Positions 1 through 13,993 of a stretch of 64,000 bases of DNA are shown here, piece after piece. The translations under genes and the position numbers were made by a program. Numbering within the stretch: position 1 is the stretch's first letter; each line of letters begins with the position of its first letter. Source of the stretch: Vitrella brassicaformis CCMP3155 (lineage: Eukaryota; Protista; Chromerida); NCBI GenBank assembly GCA_001179505.1, contig CDMY01000022.1, positions 1 through 64,000 on the forward strand. The letters are read 5' to 3'. The notes below the pieces were generated by a model that was not told the DNA's origin, did no database searches, and saw only the letters and a list, made by a program, of their open reading frames with translations.

Positions 1-116
1 GCGTCAGTCCATTCTGTCTGACGTCCTGTCCGCCATGGCCTGTCTCATGGAACGGACAAAGACTCAACAGCCGTCCTGTCTCACAGATCAGTGGATCGTC
101 GGTCTATGAACCCTAG

Positions 117-461
117 ACCCTAAACCCTGGACCGACTTGCACTTCTGACAGTAAGGGCAACCCTGACGGATGGCACTGCGGGACATACGAAACAACACCG
201 ACTGCCGCATACTTCGGGTTCGGGCCGCGCGCCAAGAGTCATGTGTGCAGCTGCAAGAACGGCGAGTGCCAGGTACGTACGCCACACACTCCACACACAC
301 ATTCACAACGCACTCGTGGTCTCTGCGGTCCCTGCACGACGTTGATTGGCTGCGTGTTGCCTGCTGTCTGTCTGTTTGGTGGTTGGCAGCTTGAGGGGGA
401 ATACAAGGAGTATGAAGCCTGGGAAGTCCACGACAACGCTAAATACCACAAAAAATACTGA
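117..461 (+). CDS. 3' exons of an unknown Cys-containing protein (gene likely starts before the window)
   Basis: Exons 117-272 (TLNPGPTCTSDSKGNPDGWHC...CSCKNGECQ) and 390-461 (LEGEYKEYEAWEVHDNAKYHKKY*) join in phase 0 across a GT-AG intron 273-389. No family recognised. Confidence 0.45.
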   Translation, partial: TLNPGPTCTSDSKGNPDGWHCGTYETTPTAAYFGFGPRAKSHVCSCKNGECQVRTPHTPHTHSQRTRGLCGPCTTLIGCVLPAVCLFGGWQLEGEYKEYEAWEVHDNAKYHKKY

Positions 462-1633
462 AATACCGGGGCATTAAGGGCTAATAGCGCACCTCACTTA
501 GAACACACACACTACTCGAGTGGCTGGCTGCTCGAAATGGCTGTCTGCCTGTTTGGCCGTCTGGCTGCCCGTGGGATGGAGGGATGGCCGTCTCGTCGTC
601 GTCCGATCCGCAAAGCTTTGTCTGTCTGTCTGTCCGCCGTTCCCACTGGCTGTAGCCAACACACACACACACACACACACATACACACACGAAAAGAACG
701 ACCAGACAGAACACACCACTGCTAGCCGCGTTTTAAGAGGCGGGCCGACATGTGTCGATAAGGGTCGGAGGGAGGGCACTTTTTGACGAACAGATGGCTG
801 GCTGGCTGGCTGGCACGTACACAGGCACACCATTGGTCGGTCGACATGCCGGGCAGTTACATAGCCAGTGTGTGTGCGGTGTGTGGAGTGTGAGCTGCTG
901 CTGCTGCTGGGGTGTGTGTGATTTGTGTGGCTCGATGGCTGATGGAATGAGTGGACACAGACACACAACACACATGTGTGTACTTAATTGAGCGAACCAC
1001 CACGGACCACAACATGGCCGTGTGCGCGCTGAGCCGTCCGACACTGGATGGAGGCTTCGGTGTCGACCATTTGCTTGCCATTCAATGGATTGATATTCCC
1101 GTTCCCCCCGTGTCAGTAACCCCACGCACAAGCGCACCAAACAACAAACACCCAGACCATGCAACGCCATGCAAGCAGTCCACAGTACACCGAAATCATA
1201 CATTACACATTCCCGACTCGACTCCCCGCTCTCAACCTGCCCCTTGGCTGTGCGTTGAGCTAGTGGGTGTTGCCGGCCTTATCTCCTCCACTCGCCATCG
1301 CCATGCCGCCACCACCCTCTGACACGCACACACACAATGGGATGCATAATCCACCATCCATCCATCCATCCACCCGTCCACACATATGCTCACCGGCGGC
1401 CTTGCATTGTCTGCTTTGTCTGTCGTGTCTGGGTCGGTCGTGCTGCTGCCGTGTGTCAGTCGACGGACTGCCATCGTCGGGCCCGCTGCCGCCGTTGTCC
1501 CCCTCCCCCTTGTGTGTCCCTCCCACAAACCCCTCACCACCCCCTGTCTGCGGCCAATTGTCTGCGGCTGCTGCTGCTGCTGCCGCCCTGCCGTCACAGC
1601 ACAAGGGCTGGTCGCCTCCTCGCTGCCAAACAG

Positions 1634-3062
1634 TCAGGGTCCCGTGTGGCTTAAGCCGCGACGCATCAGCGCTATCGACGAGAGGTAGGCCGTATTGATG
1701 TTGAAGGTGCCCCTCGGAACATCAGCACTGCATCGCCAAAACACACACACACACACACAAAACAAGAGAGAGAGAGAGAGAGAGGGCATGCCATGCATTC
1801 AATCATTCATTCATTCATTCAGGTGTTGTGCATCTGTGTGTGTGTCTGTCTATGTGCAGCTACCTACCTGTCGACGACGCTATGGCCTCGCTGAGATTGA
1901 CGCCGGCAATGAAATGGTGGTTGAATGGCGTCAGCAGCACAGTGTGGCAGGTCGCCGTGGGCCCGGCCCTCGCCCCGGGCGAACGAATGAATGCCGTGAC
2001 GCCCTCGGGAAACGGTCGGTTGAGGGGCCGATCCGTCAGCGCCATCGCATCTGACCCAATACAGACAAGGAGAGAGAGGAACAAACACATGCACTGCACT
2101 GAGTGCATCCCACCCACCCACCCACCCACNNNNNNNNNNNNNNNNNNNNNNNNNNNNNNNNNNNNNNNNNNNNNNNNNNNNNNNNNNNNNNNNNNNNNNN
2201 NNNNNNNNNNNNNNNNNNNNNNNNNNNNNNNNNNNNNNNNNNNNNNNNNNNNNNNNNNNNNNNNNNNNNNNNNNNNNNNNNNNNNNNNNNNNNNNNNNNN
2301 NNNNNNNNNNNNNNNNNNNNNNNNNNNNNNNNNNNNNNNNNNNNNNNNNNNNNNNNNNNNNNNNNNNNNNNNNNNNNNNNNNNNNNNNNNNNNNNNNNNN
2401 NNNNNNNNNNNNNNNNNNNNNNNNNNNNNGTCATCACTCACTCACCGGCCGAGAACGGCCCAGGGCGAACTCACGGTGCGGGAGAAATTGAGGATGAATC
2501 TGGTGAGGTACCACGAGAATGACGGCTCGATGACCTGCACGTCCGTGAGCTACTGCCCACTCAACCTCCCGGAAGACCCGGTCGTGATGGAGTGAATGGG
2601 CGAGTGCCGGGTCCTTGTGCTGTGCGACCAGCTCTGCGTCGACCTCGCGAGCGAGGCGCTAGCTCGAGCCAGAAGCTCTCGTCATCCTTGATGTGTCGCA
2701 GGCCGGCATCGCCATCGTCGAACAACTCGACGTGCCGCCCCACCAGCTTCCACAGCGCAACCACACGGGGCTCAGCCAGAACCGCCTGCATGCAATCCAA
2801 CCGCACACCAACCACACTTTGTTAAGCCTTCCTACCCCCTCCCTCCCTCCCTCGCGCATTGACTGTCTGTCTGTCTGTCCATATTCCGACCTTTTGGGTG
2901 CGATATGCCTCCCGCGTTCCTCCCGCGTGATGATGGCCGGGGGGGGAAGTCGATGTGTGTGAGGAAGAGGGCCGCTGCGGAGGCTGCCGACGCACACTCA
3001 AGGTAGAGCATCATGAGTGGTGAAGCGAGGGATGCGCAGAGCGCGGACCGACGCGGAGACAC
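1634..3062 (-). CDS. Hypothetical multi-exon protein, spans the N-gap at 2130-2429
   Basis: Non-repetitive blocks with minus-strand splice signals and protein-like translations (QAVLAEPRVVALWKLVGRHVELFDDG; VIEPSFSWYLTRFILNFSR; FPEGVTAFIRSPG...HHFIAGVNLSEAIASST). Frame joins not fully resolved. Confidence 0.35.
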
Positions 3063-3193
3063 TCATGAATGAAGCACTACCGGAGCCAGACCATTCCAAG
3101 CCGTCGCCCTGGAGGCAATGGAATGGTCTGGCTGCGCAAGGTGCCTAGGGTGCTCCCTGAAACCGCTGTTGCCTTGCGGGGAGAAGGGCCAAG

Positions 3194-6100
3194 ATGACGC
3201 CGTTGGAGGTGTCTGCTGAGCGTGTGCAGATGTGGCAAGTCTGGCCCGGAAGAAACAGGTGCAACAAACCGTCATGCAACACTCACTCGCCTCGCCTCGC
3301 TGCACGTCGGAATGATTTCTTCTCTGTCTGGCTTCTCTGGCTGATCAGGTTTCTGCTTGGTGGGCGGCTCATCACGGGTCAGACGGATAAAGTGAAGCAC
3401 AAGCGAGCGTGGCCATGCACACACACGAACAGATCTCTCGCACAAGATGGATGGATGGTTCTTGCAGGTCCGCTGGATGACCTGGGGAGCAACGTGTGTG
3501 CGTGGATGATGATCCTGCTGCCCAGTGCCCTGTACTTCTCGCTCGCTGCTGTAGGGGCCGGGCCACTAACTTCATCACTCAGTCAACCACACCTTCGTCT
3601 GTGCGTGTCTGTTGGTCTGTTGGTCTGTCTGTCTGTTTGTGCGCAGGAGTATCTTTGGCGTGAGGTGTCGCCGATTCTGCCAATCCTGACGCTCTACATG
3701 TTCGCCATGACTGTCCTCTGCTTCCTCCTCACGCAATGCACCGACCCTGGTAGGTACGCACAAACAACAAACAGAACCAAGGCCATCCGACCCACGCGTC
3801 AAGCGGCACTGCATGCCATGTGTGTCGTGGAATGTCTGTGGCTGGTTCATTCGCTCGCTCGCTCGCTCGGTCGGTCAGGTATCATCCCCCGTCGCGATAT
3901 CCAGGAGAGGTTCCACATCGAAGAGAAAAGTAACCGCCCCCCCCCCCCCCCNNNNNNNNNNNNNNNNNNNNNNNNNNNNNNNNNNNNNNNNNNNNNNNNN
4001 NNNNNNNNNNNNNNNNNNNNNNNNNNNNNNNNNNNNNNNNNNNNNNNNNNNNNNNNNNNNNNNNNNNNNNNNNNNNNNNNNNNNNNNNNNNNNNNNNNNN
4101 NNNNNNNNNNNNNNNNNNNNNNNNNNNNNNNNNNNNNNNNNNNNNNNNNNNNNNNNNNNNNNNNNNNNNNNNNNNNNNNNNNNNNNNNNNNNNNNNNNNN
4201 NNNNNNNNNNNNNNNNNNNNNNNNNNNNNNNNNNNNNNNNNNNNNNNNNNNCCCCCATGACACTGCGGTCGACACAGCACACCGGCATGATGTCTGTCTG
4301 CGGATGGATGGTTGGTTGGTTGGCTGTGTTTGTGTGCGGCCATTTCACTAATGTCAGTCAGCAGTCTTCTCGGCTACGATGTGATCCCGCGCGACTCGCC
4401 CGCTGCATCCCCCTCCCCCTCCCCCTCGCCCTCGCCCTCGCCCTCCCCCTCTCCCCCACCGAGCGAGAACGTCACGCGAGCGCTGCAGGACGTCAAGCAG
4501 TCGGTTGTCCCGGTCGACAGGGACGCCAGCCTCATGCACAAAGACACCACCGACCACCAGACAGGCACGCAACGAGTGCACGACAACACAACACGGCCAC
4601 ACACATGGCTGGCTGGCTCGATCTGATCTATCGTCTCGTCTTGTGGTGCTGTGGATCAAATCAATCAGAGGCGTGTACGGGGCGGCTGGTAAGTTTGGAG
4701 GAGGCAGCGCTTCACGCCGCCCCGTCGCCCGACCACCCGCGCCCACCGACGGCCGACAGGCTGCCCCTGATGGATCAGGAAAACGTCAAGGGCAGCAGCT
4801 GCAGCAGCAGTGGTGGCAAGGATGACGGCGAGTGGAGCCACGACACGGCTCACACCGCCAGGGCACAGCGCAGCGAGTCGATGGGCGACATTGTTTCTGC
4901 CAGGGAGAGCCAGGGAGGTGGAGGAGGAGAGTCGGATAAGAGGGATCAGCCAGTGGGCGTCTTGAGGAGACCGCTGTCGCCACAGCTGGTCAGTCGTAGG
5001 GGCTGGATCCTGAGAGTGGTATGTATGCTATGCTGCCTCCTTGTCCACTCCACCTACCTGTGTGGTGTGCAGACGTCTCAAGGATACTACAGACGTCCCG
5101 ACACCGACGCGCCGGTGCCCCTCTCCCTGGCACCCCTGCCCACCCACGCCCCTCACCCCCCAGTGGCCGCCGACAGGCCGGTGCCACCGCCCCCGTCGCA
5201 GCCCGACACAAGCAGCCCCGCCCTGACGTCCTCGCCACCTCCATCGTCCACACAGCCATCGCACGGCTACTGGGGCGGCCTGGGGGCGCTCGCCGCTTGG
5301 CGACAACGATTCGACTCAAGTCAGTGAGGCAGGCAGGCAGGCAGGCAGGCCAGTGTGTGTCTTGACCGATGAATGGATGGATGGATGGATGTCGTGGCTG
5401 CAGGTGGATTGGGTTCCGATCTGTCTGGCGACATGGACGCTGACTTGCGGCTGCGGGAGTCGTTTGACGGGCATGCAATCGCGGTGGCGACGCAGCAGCC
5501 GCATCATCATCAGCACCAGTATCAGTATCAGCAGCATGGGCCACAGGGCGACAGGCACACGCTTGGGAGGATACAGGAGGAGGAACGCCGATACAGGGTG
5601 GGTCGGTCTTGCTGTCTCTCCCAGGCACCATCTGTCCATGTGTCCATGTGTGTGTGTGTTTGTTTGTTTGTTTGTTGCAGCCTCGTGAGGTTGACATCCC
5701 TCCCGCGTATGAGGGGCTGGGTCGGCCGCCGCCACAGGACGGATTAAGATACTGCTCAACTTGCAGACTTATGAGGTCAGCCAGCAGAAGGGACGGAGGG
5801 AGGGCCTCCACGCCTCGTGTGGCTGGGTGGGATGGTGACTTGTTTGTTCTTGTGTCATTCCTTGCTGGTTCATTCAGGCCGCAGAGGGCCTCGCACTGCA
5901 AGATCTGCAACAACTGGTGAGCGTGCGAGAAAGGACACCTACTTGCCGCGCCTTCTCCCTCCCTCCCTCCCTCCCTCATTTGTCGCCTCTCCTCTCTCTC
6001 CTGCTGGCTGCTTCTGCTGTGTTCGTTTCCTTCGTCTGTTTGCTCAGTGTGCTGCGCTTCGACCACCATGTAATTAATCAACACACGCGCCGTACGGTGC

Positions 6101-7180
6101 CGTGCATCGATCGCCTCCACCTACCATACCACGTTGGTGTGGCTGGATGGATGGACGTATGTGGGTGTGGGTGTGTGTGTGTGTGCAGTGTCAGTTTGTC
6201 AACAACTGTATCGGGCAGCGCAACTACCACTTCTTCACTGGTGTGTGTGTTATGTGTGTGAAGAGGGAGGAGGCAGGCCTGCACACACACACACACGCGT
6301 CGCGTCGACTCGACCGACGGCTCCCCCCTCCCTCCCTCCCGGTGTGTGTCCGTGGGCTGCGTGTGCAGGTTTCCTCTGGAGCACAGTCTGCCTGGGGTTC
6401 TGTGTGATTGTGGGTATGTTTGTTGCTCTCATCTCACACACGCGTCTCAACCCACCCCAGAACCCATCCCCTCCCCGTGTCTGGTGTGTATGGCTATGGC
6501 TGTGGCTGGGCTGGCAGGTCTGTTTCTGTATGTGATGGGGGTGTCCCGCCCGGCGGATGGCGGCAACCCCCAAGCCCAATCTGCACTCGGCACCACTGCA
6601 GGTGGGGTGGGTGACAGACAACTTACCAGCACACACCCACACACACACCACACCGACACACTCTTGGTTGGTCGGTCCTCATCTCTCTCTCTCTCTTCCT
6701 CTGTATGTGTGTGTGTGATTGCAGTGTTTCTGCTGGTGCTTCTGGTGGCCATCCCGGCTGCTGTGATGCTGCTGGGTGCCATGGCGCTCTGCATCTGCCA
6801 CATCCACCTGGCGTGCAGGTCAGTAATCTAATCTAGTCACATGATCTCACATCAATCACACACAGGACGAACAGCATGTGTGTGTCTATGTGTGTGATCC
6901 TTCAGCCAGCGGACGACGCGCGAGGCCTTTGCGGCCCGTCGGCCAGCGCTCAGAGACGCCCTCCAGCAGCAGCCAGGTGGTGACCGTCGGCCAAAGCAGT
7001 TTGGCGGGCCCACTCTGTTCGCTCCGCGAGGGCCGCGTTTGTTTGATCCTAGGATGGTAGGTGGGCTGGCCATGAGTTGGGTGGCAAACAGGCAGGCAAC
7101 TGTGTCTGTCTGTCGTGTTGGTACCTTCCTTGATTGCAAATTTGATGGACTTACAGGTGACGACACGGCAAGGCCCTTGA
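3194..7180 (+). CDS. DHHC (ZDHHC/Erf2-like) protein S-palmitoyltransferase, multi-exon
   Basis: Spliced motifs [60 protein letters not shown], several TM segments and the C-terminal TTxE motif (SQRTTREAF). Stop at 7178-7180. Confidence 0.93.
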
Positions 7181-8287
7181 CCGACCGACCGACCGGCCGA
7201 CCACTGGACGGATGGATGGATGGATGTGTTGGTGGGGTGGGAGGGCAGGGAGGGAGGGTGTTATGTTATCTTATCGGTCAGTTAGTCAGCCAGGACAGTC
7301 AGGCGGGCGGGGCTGAGATGGATCTTGGATTATGCTGCTGCTGCTGCTGCTGCACTCAGCTAGCTACACGTGTGTGTGTGTGTGGTTGGATGGAAGAGCA
7401 TTTAGGTGTGTGACTGACCGACATGATGACGCCGGTGAGACGATTGATTGACTGGATCTCCACTCCACGGAAGGACTAGACCTTTTTTCCCGAGCACACG
7501 CCGAGAAAGACACACAAACGGACGGCAGCCGTCTGCCCGCAGAACCCTCAGCTGACAGGCATTGATTGCATCAATTCAGTCAGTCAGTCAGTCGTGTCCG
7601 CGAGTGAGTGGGTGGCGTATGGGAAGCCACACAGCCACACAGGCACACAGAGACAGATCCGACAGGCGTGTGTAGTCGGCCCTTCCGTGTCGGTCTGAAG
7701 GAGTAAGGGCGAGCGCTGGCGTGCCATGCGCCACGTGTGTGTGTCAGGACTGCTCGGGTCAGCGATTGCTTGTCTCATTATTATTGTATGGTTGGTGTGT
7801 CTGTCTCGGTCGCGTCAGCCTCAGCCTCACACACGCCACGCACTGCCAGCTGCATGTGACTGACGCACACACGACGCGCACCACACCACACCACAGCGGT
7901 CCACCAACCCCCCCCCCCCCANNNNNNNNNNNNNNNNNNNNNNNNNNNNNNNNNNNNNNNNNNNNNNNNNNNNNNNNNNNNNNNNNNNNNNNNNNNNNNN
8001 NNNNNNNNNNNNNNNNNNNNNNNNNNNNNNNNNNNNNNNNNNNNNNNNNNNNNNNNNNNNNNNNNNNNNNNNNNNNNNNNNNNNNNNNNNNNNNNNNNNN
8101 NNNNNNNNNNNNNNNNNNNNNNNNNNNNNNNNNNNNNNNNNNNNNNNNNNNNNNNNNNNNNNNNNNNNNNNNNNNNNNNNNNNNNNNNNNNNNNNNNNNN
8201 NNNNNNNNNNNNNNNNNNNNNCCCCCCCCCCCCCACACACACACACACGAAGACACGCACACCACGACCGACAGACACCGTTGCCCC

Positions 8288-10193
8288 TCAGTCGAACAGA
8301 GAGAACCCCATGTCCTGCCAACCAAAAGACAACCAACAGAAACCAACACACCGAGCCGCACGTAACGTGTCCGTTGTCTCCGTCTGTCTGTGTGTACGTG
8401 TGTGTTAGTGTTAGTGGCCCTCTCTGGGTGACTGACTGACTAACTGGCTGGCTGGCTGGCGTCTCTCTCATTGACTGACCTCGTCTTCCTCCTCTTCCTC
8501 CTCCTCGACCTTCTTCTCCTCCTCCTTGGCCTCGGCCGGGGCGGCCTCGCCGCCAGCAGCAGCAGCACCCGCCGCGGGCCCCGCCACCACAAAGGCATCG
8601 GGGTTGGCGATGAACTCCTTGATGCTCTCCATCTGCGGGAAGGAATACTCTGAGGGACAGAGGGAGGGAGAAACACGGAGAGAGGGGGTTAGTGTTGTGT
8701 TTGTGTGTGGGGTGTGAGTTGGGTGTGGTGTGGTGTTTGTGAGGTAGGTGACGTGCCTGAGTCGATGCAGAGTGCGACGAGGTTCTTGAATCCCTTGAGG
8801 ATGACGTGCGGCAGCGACGCCTCGGTGGGGATGCAGATGGCCTTGCTGAAGGCAGCCAGGTTCTGCACGCCCTTCATAAACATCTTCAGGATGTCCTCGT
8901 CGCCGATGTCGAGCACCTCAACCGAATACACAGAGCCTGTGCAGCACAGCACAGCACATCCCATGCATCGCACGCCACACACAAGTGTCGCACGCAAGCG
9001 CCACCACCCCCCCTCTCCACCCTCTCTCCCTGTGTGTGTGGGGGGGGGGGGGGGGGGNNNNNNNNNNNNNNNNNNNNNNNNNNNNNNNNNNNNNNNNNNN
9101 NNNNNNNNNNNNNNNNNNNNNNNNNNNNNNNNNNNNNNNNNNNNNNNNNNNNNNNNNNNNNNNNNNNNNNNNNNNNNNNNNNNNNNNNNNNNNNNNNNNN
9201 NNNNNNNNNNNNNNNNNNNNNNNNNNNNNNNNNNNNNNNNNNNNNNNNNNNNNNNNNNNNNNNNNNNNNNNNNNNNNNNNNNNNNNNNNNNNNNNNNNNN
9301 NNNNNNNNNNNNNNNNNNNNNNNNNNNNNNNNNNNNNNNNNNNNNNNNNNNNNNNNNGGGGGGGGGGGGGGGGGGTGTTACCCTTGTCGAAGACCCGTTG
9401 GACGACGAGCCCGTAGGAGAAGGGTCTGATGTTGAGTTTCTGGAGGAGAGCGGCCTGGGACGCGCCCACCCTCTCGCCCTTGGTGATGACCTGGTTGTCG
9501 GCCTGGATCTCAATCGTCCCCTTCGAAATCTTGGTAGATATCCCCAACGCCTGGAAGAAGGAGGTCTGCTCGGGTCCGAGTGCGGTGGGTCCGGCGGGCA
9601 CGATCACGTCCACGGGGGCGAGCGCACCAGCACGGGCGGGGGCAGGCACCTGTTAGTGCACGCATCACGTCAGCCAAATAAATCACACCTCATGTCATGT
9701 CATGTCATGTCATGGGGGAGGGGGGAGAGAGCGCCGTACAGTACGGTTGTGTCAACTGTCGCTCACTCACCCTGTTGTCTTCGATGATTTTCCTGACTTC
9801 GCCCATGTCGGCGATGCAGAAGACCAGCCCGATGTTGAACTTGACGCACTCTATCAGGTTCTTGACCTCGGGCATCTTGTCCTCGTGCTGACGCAGCGCC
9901 GTGCGCATCATCGTCTACACACACATAGACACACGCACACACACACACACACATACATCAGATCTGATCTGATGCTGCGGTGTGTGTCTGTCTGTCTGTC
10001 TGTGTGCCACCAGACTTACGTTTTTGCCCATGAGGACGATGGCCTTGCCGCGGAGGGCAGTGCGGATGTCGGCAAACTGCTTGCTGCCGACATTGTCAGC
10101 GTGGACGATGAGCACCTGTGGGTAGGTCTCCACTAGGCTGGTCAGCTTCTTGAAGTAGTTCCGCTTCTTCGCCGCTTTCTCGCCAGACGGCAT
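8288..10193 (-). CDS. RPLP0: 60S acidic ribosomal protein P0 (uL10)
   Basis: [17 protein letters not shown]...[59 protein letters not shown], acidic tail EEEEEDE|DMGFSLFD* (last exon 8288-8314). Confidence 0.97.
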
Positions 10194-10742
10194 CCTGTGT
10201 TGTGCTGCTGCTGCTGCTGTTGCTGCTGGTGCTGGCGGCTGGTGTGTGGTGGTGGTAGTGGTGGTGGTGTCCTATGTGTCTGTGTGTCGGGGGTGGCGGC
10301 TGAGGAGTGGAGTTGCAGGTGAGCTTCGGTGGAGACTGTCAGATCCTCAATGGCCTGGCAATCGCGTTTAACCTGCACACAGCGGCACAGACGACACACA
10401 GACCACCAAACGCCCACACGGGGTGGGTGATGCCAAGTCGAGAGATCTTTCCCCCCACTGCATCTGACTACAGTCGCCCACCACCCCTCTCCCATTCCCT
10501 TACCACACGAGCTCTCTTCTTCCCTTTGTAGCTTTTGCGAGCTTGAGACTTCGCGCTGCGAGCTTGGAGTTGATCCCTTCTTGGGACTTTGGAGAAGGGT
10601 CTCTTTCCTTCCTGTCACGCCCCGTCGTCCTCGCGCTCACAGACAGACACACCCGAGCGGGGGAGGGCAGATGTCGTGAGCCGGTGGCTGATTGAGTGAG
10701 TCGAGTGACAATTGTCGAGTGATGACGACTGGCCGAGGGCAG

Positions 10743-13700
10743 ATGGCGTTGCTGTCTTTGCTGGAGGAGGTGGTGGGGAGCGATGTGCTGCCCCAGGGAC
10801 TTTCGCTGTCCTTCCTCCGACGAGCGGGGAAGGAGGCCAAGGCCTGCCCCGTTCCTGCCAACATCAGGTCCAAGTCCCTTGTCAACAGGAGAGGTACGTA
10901 CGTGCCCTAGATAGACAGACAGACAGACAGGGAGGGAGGGAGGGAGGGACACAACGACGCGAGGCGGGACAGGCAGGGGCAGTGAGTGGGGGGATCTTGG
11001 GCAGGCAATCGCAATCACTCGACCTTTGTCTTTCTTTCTTTGTGTTGTCATCGTGTGTCTTTTCGTTGTGCTGTGCTGTGTTGTGTTGTGTTGTGGTGTG
11101 TTGTGTCTTGTCCGTTCACAGCTCGGTCGTATGAAGCCGACGTGTGCACGATGGGTGTCAGCCAGGCGCCAACGCAGCCGGCAGTGCGGCCCTCGTCCTC
11201 ATCAGCAACATCATCATCAACAGGATCGTCATCCCGGTGCGTCGGCCGCACCCTCCACCCCAGCCCGTCTCTCCACCAAAGCCCCACACACAGAGATAAC
11301 TCTCTGTCTCGGTCTAGGACGGCCCGCAAATCCGGCAGGGCGGCCACCACGGCCGCCGTGTCGCCACCACAGAGGCCCAAGACCACTCCCGACCTCCGGG
11401 GCCGCCGGCCCTCCCCTCCACCCTCCCCCTTGACCTTCGCACCCTCCCCCTCGCTCTCGCCCCGTCAGCACCAACACCAGCACCATCACCACCACCACCC
11501 TCTGCGGCCGAGGTCGCAGAGTGAGGACCTCACTGCGTCGCACAGAGAGCAGCAGCTGCGGTGCGGCGAGGATGACGTGTCGACGCCCCCCATGGCGATG
11601 GCGGCGATGAGCGGGTGGGGGTGTGCCATGGGCCGTGTGGACGAGTTTGTCTTTAGTAGTAGTGACAGCCTGTGTCGTCATGGCGAGTATGGGGCCTGGG
11701 AGGGCCTCACGCCGTCCAGGGTGTATGGGGCGGATGAGAGGGTGTCGGGGGTGGGGCTGCCACCGGAGGGGCTGGCTGAGTGCGCGGCGCTGCGGAGGTC
11801 CGCCAAGGTGTGTCATAATATGACTTTTGGGGCTTCGTCCGCGCCTTCAAGTGAGCTACCTGCGCTGCGCCGCCTCCCCACACACCATCTGTCGGCATAT
11901 GTGGATGTCTGTCTGTCTGTCTGTCTGTCTGCTTGTCCTTTCTCTGTTTGTTCTTGCCTCTTGTGTATCGCATATATCAGAGTCGCTGCTTCCCCAGTCG
12001 CTGCTGCCCATCCCCCGAGCGTATCAATACCACTCCCGCACTGCCTACCCAGCCACCGCACAGACAGCTGTCGTCGGGCCGTCATCACGCTGGCGCAGCG
12101 TGCACACCAACAGCAACAGCAACACCAGCCCCAGCACCAGCACCACATGTGGCGCCCACCCCGCCAGCCCCACGGCGGCCGAGGGCAGCGACCTCATTCT
12201 CTGCGACAAGACGCAGCCCGCAGCAGCGGATGCCCACTTCCCCCGCGGCAGCCTCCCAAACAGCTGGGAGCCGACATACTGGCCACCCGACGTCCTCGCG
12301 CACCTGCAACCGCACCCCTTCACCCAGGCCGACCTCGCCGACCGCCTCGACAAGACCTTGAATCGGCCGGCCACTCGGATGCCCTCATCGACGTGTTTGA
12401 GCCCGGGTGGGACGAGGCGGCACGGCCTGGGCCTGACGCTTCATTCAGGCGGGTGCATCATCCCCCGGGTCGACAAGGCGGCCACGACTGGCGGGGCGGA
12501 CGCCTTCTTTCACGACGCCATGACGTCGTCGGTCGGGGTGGCAGATGGCGTGGGGGCGTGGGACGAGCTGGGCCTGTCTGCTGGGGCGTTTGCGCAGGAG
12601 CTCATGTACGGCTGCCAGCAGGCCAGCCAGAGCAGGTTCCTGAGACAGACCACCCAGACGGGCTCGGGCGACGGCACCACCACCACACAGACGACGATCC
12701 CGCCGGCCCTGCCGCCGTCGATGGTTGCTAGCGAGATACTGGTGGATGGGTATGAGAGCACCGAGAGCATTGGGTCGAGCACGGCGTTGGTGGCGTGTCT
12801 GGACGGCAACAAGGGCAAGCTGGGGGCGGCGACGCTGGGCGACAGCGGCATGATGGTGCTGAGGCGGTCGGGCGCTGCGCGGGGCGCACACATGACGGTC
12901 GTCATGCAGACACGACCTATGCAGGTACGTCAGTCGGTCGGTGCCATGTCGGGTCGGTCGGGCTCAATGGATCCCTTCTCTCTCTCTGTCTCTCGCTGTG
13001 TGGATGTGATGTGATGTGATGTGATGTGCCCTACGTGTCTTTCTTTCAGCACTACTTCAACTGTCCGTATCAGCTGACGCGTCTGCCGAGTGCGGGTGGT
13101 CTGCGGAAGCTGCAGGAGGAGGGCGAGGGCAAGGCGCCCCTGGTGTCGCTCCTCACCCAGATGTCCGCCTGCCACCTCGACACACCGGACATGGCTCAGG
13201 AGTACGACGTCGATGTCCAGGAGGTATGCTACACGTTTGCACAGGCGGAGGGAAGGAGTGTGATGGGTCTGGTCTGGTGTTGGTGTTGTGTGTGTGCAGG
13301 GTGACTTGTTGATACTGGGGACGGACGGACTGTTAGATAATCTGTTTGACTTTGAGGTCTGCGGGCTGGCCACCATGGCGCTCTCGCCTGCCGAGGCGGC
13401 CAAGATACACGGAGACACCAACCAGGCCACACACCCACAGGTGAGTAAATGAGTAGTGCGCCTTCATTCACTCACCCATCTCATCTGGCCATGTGTGTCT
13501 TGTCTTATGTCCTTTCTCTCAGCGCATCGCTCGTGCCTTGGCCGAGGCGGCGTATCTGCGCAGCCACGACAAGGCGGGCAAGACCCCCTACGCCAAGAAC
13601 GGTCGGCGTGCGGGCGCCCACCCCACGACGGCCGGCGGCAAGCCCGACGACATCACCGTCGTGGCCTGCTGGGTCACCAAGGCGGTCTCCTCAACACTCA

Positions 13701-13993
13701 CCTCACCCATCCCGTCCCACCCACACCACCAGCCGTCCGGTGCCCGCCCCCCACACACAGCGCCAGCAGCAGGAGCAGCAGGAGGGTCGCCCGGCTCGGC
13801 CAGTGGCCCACCGGGGGTGGAAGCTGCCCCCTGCACAAACGCGGTGCTGTCACGGCCCAACAGGTGTTTCGTGGCGCAGCGGGGCTTCGTGGCGAGGGAG
13901 GGGCAGGGGGGTGGGGGTGCAGTGCCCTCGCCGCTGCTCAAGTATAACAAGAGCTCGCTGAGTCTGGCGAGCGACTTCGCGATGGGCGGATGA
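10743..13993 (+). CDS. PTC7: PTC7-family PP2C phosphatase with long low-complexity N-terminal extension
   Basis: GGADAFF, VGVADGVGAW, GSSTALV, ATLGDSG, Q|HYFNCPYQL, GDLLILGTDGLLDNLF and GGKPDDITVV motifs. First exon from ATG 10743 splices in phase to 11122. Confidence 0.9.

Noticed and set aside
109-130. Telomere-like aaccctagaccctaaaccct
   Set aside because: Only about three degenerate units, overlapping a plausible exon boundary; too short to call an interstitial telomere.
481-1600. Many His/Thr/Cys/Val-rich ORFs here and throughout the ORF track
   Set aside because: Translations of CA/GT and GATG microsatellites, not coding.
8705-9787. Long + strand ORFs over RPLP0 (similarly over PPR, USP and LRAT-like genes)
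   Set aside because: Antisense shadows of GC3-rich coding sequence, extended by N-gaps.
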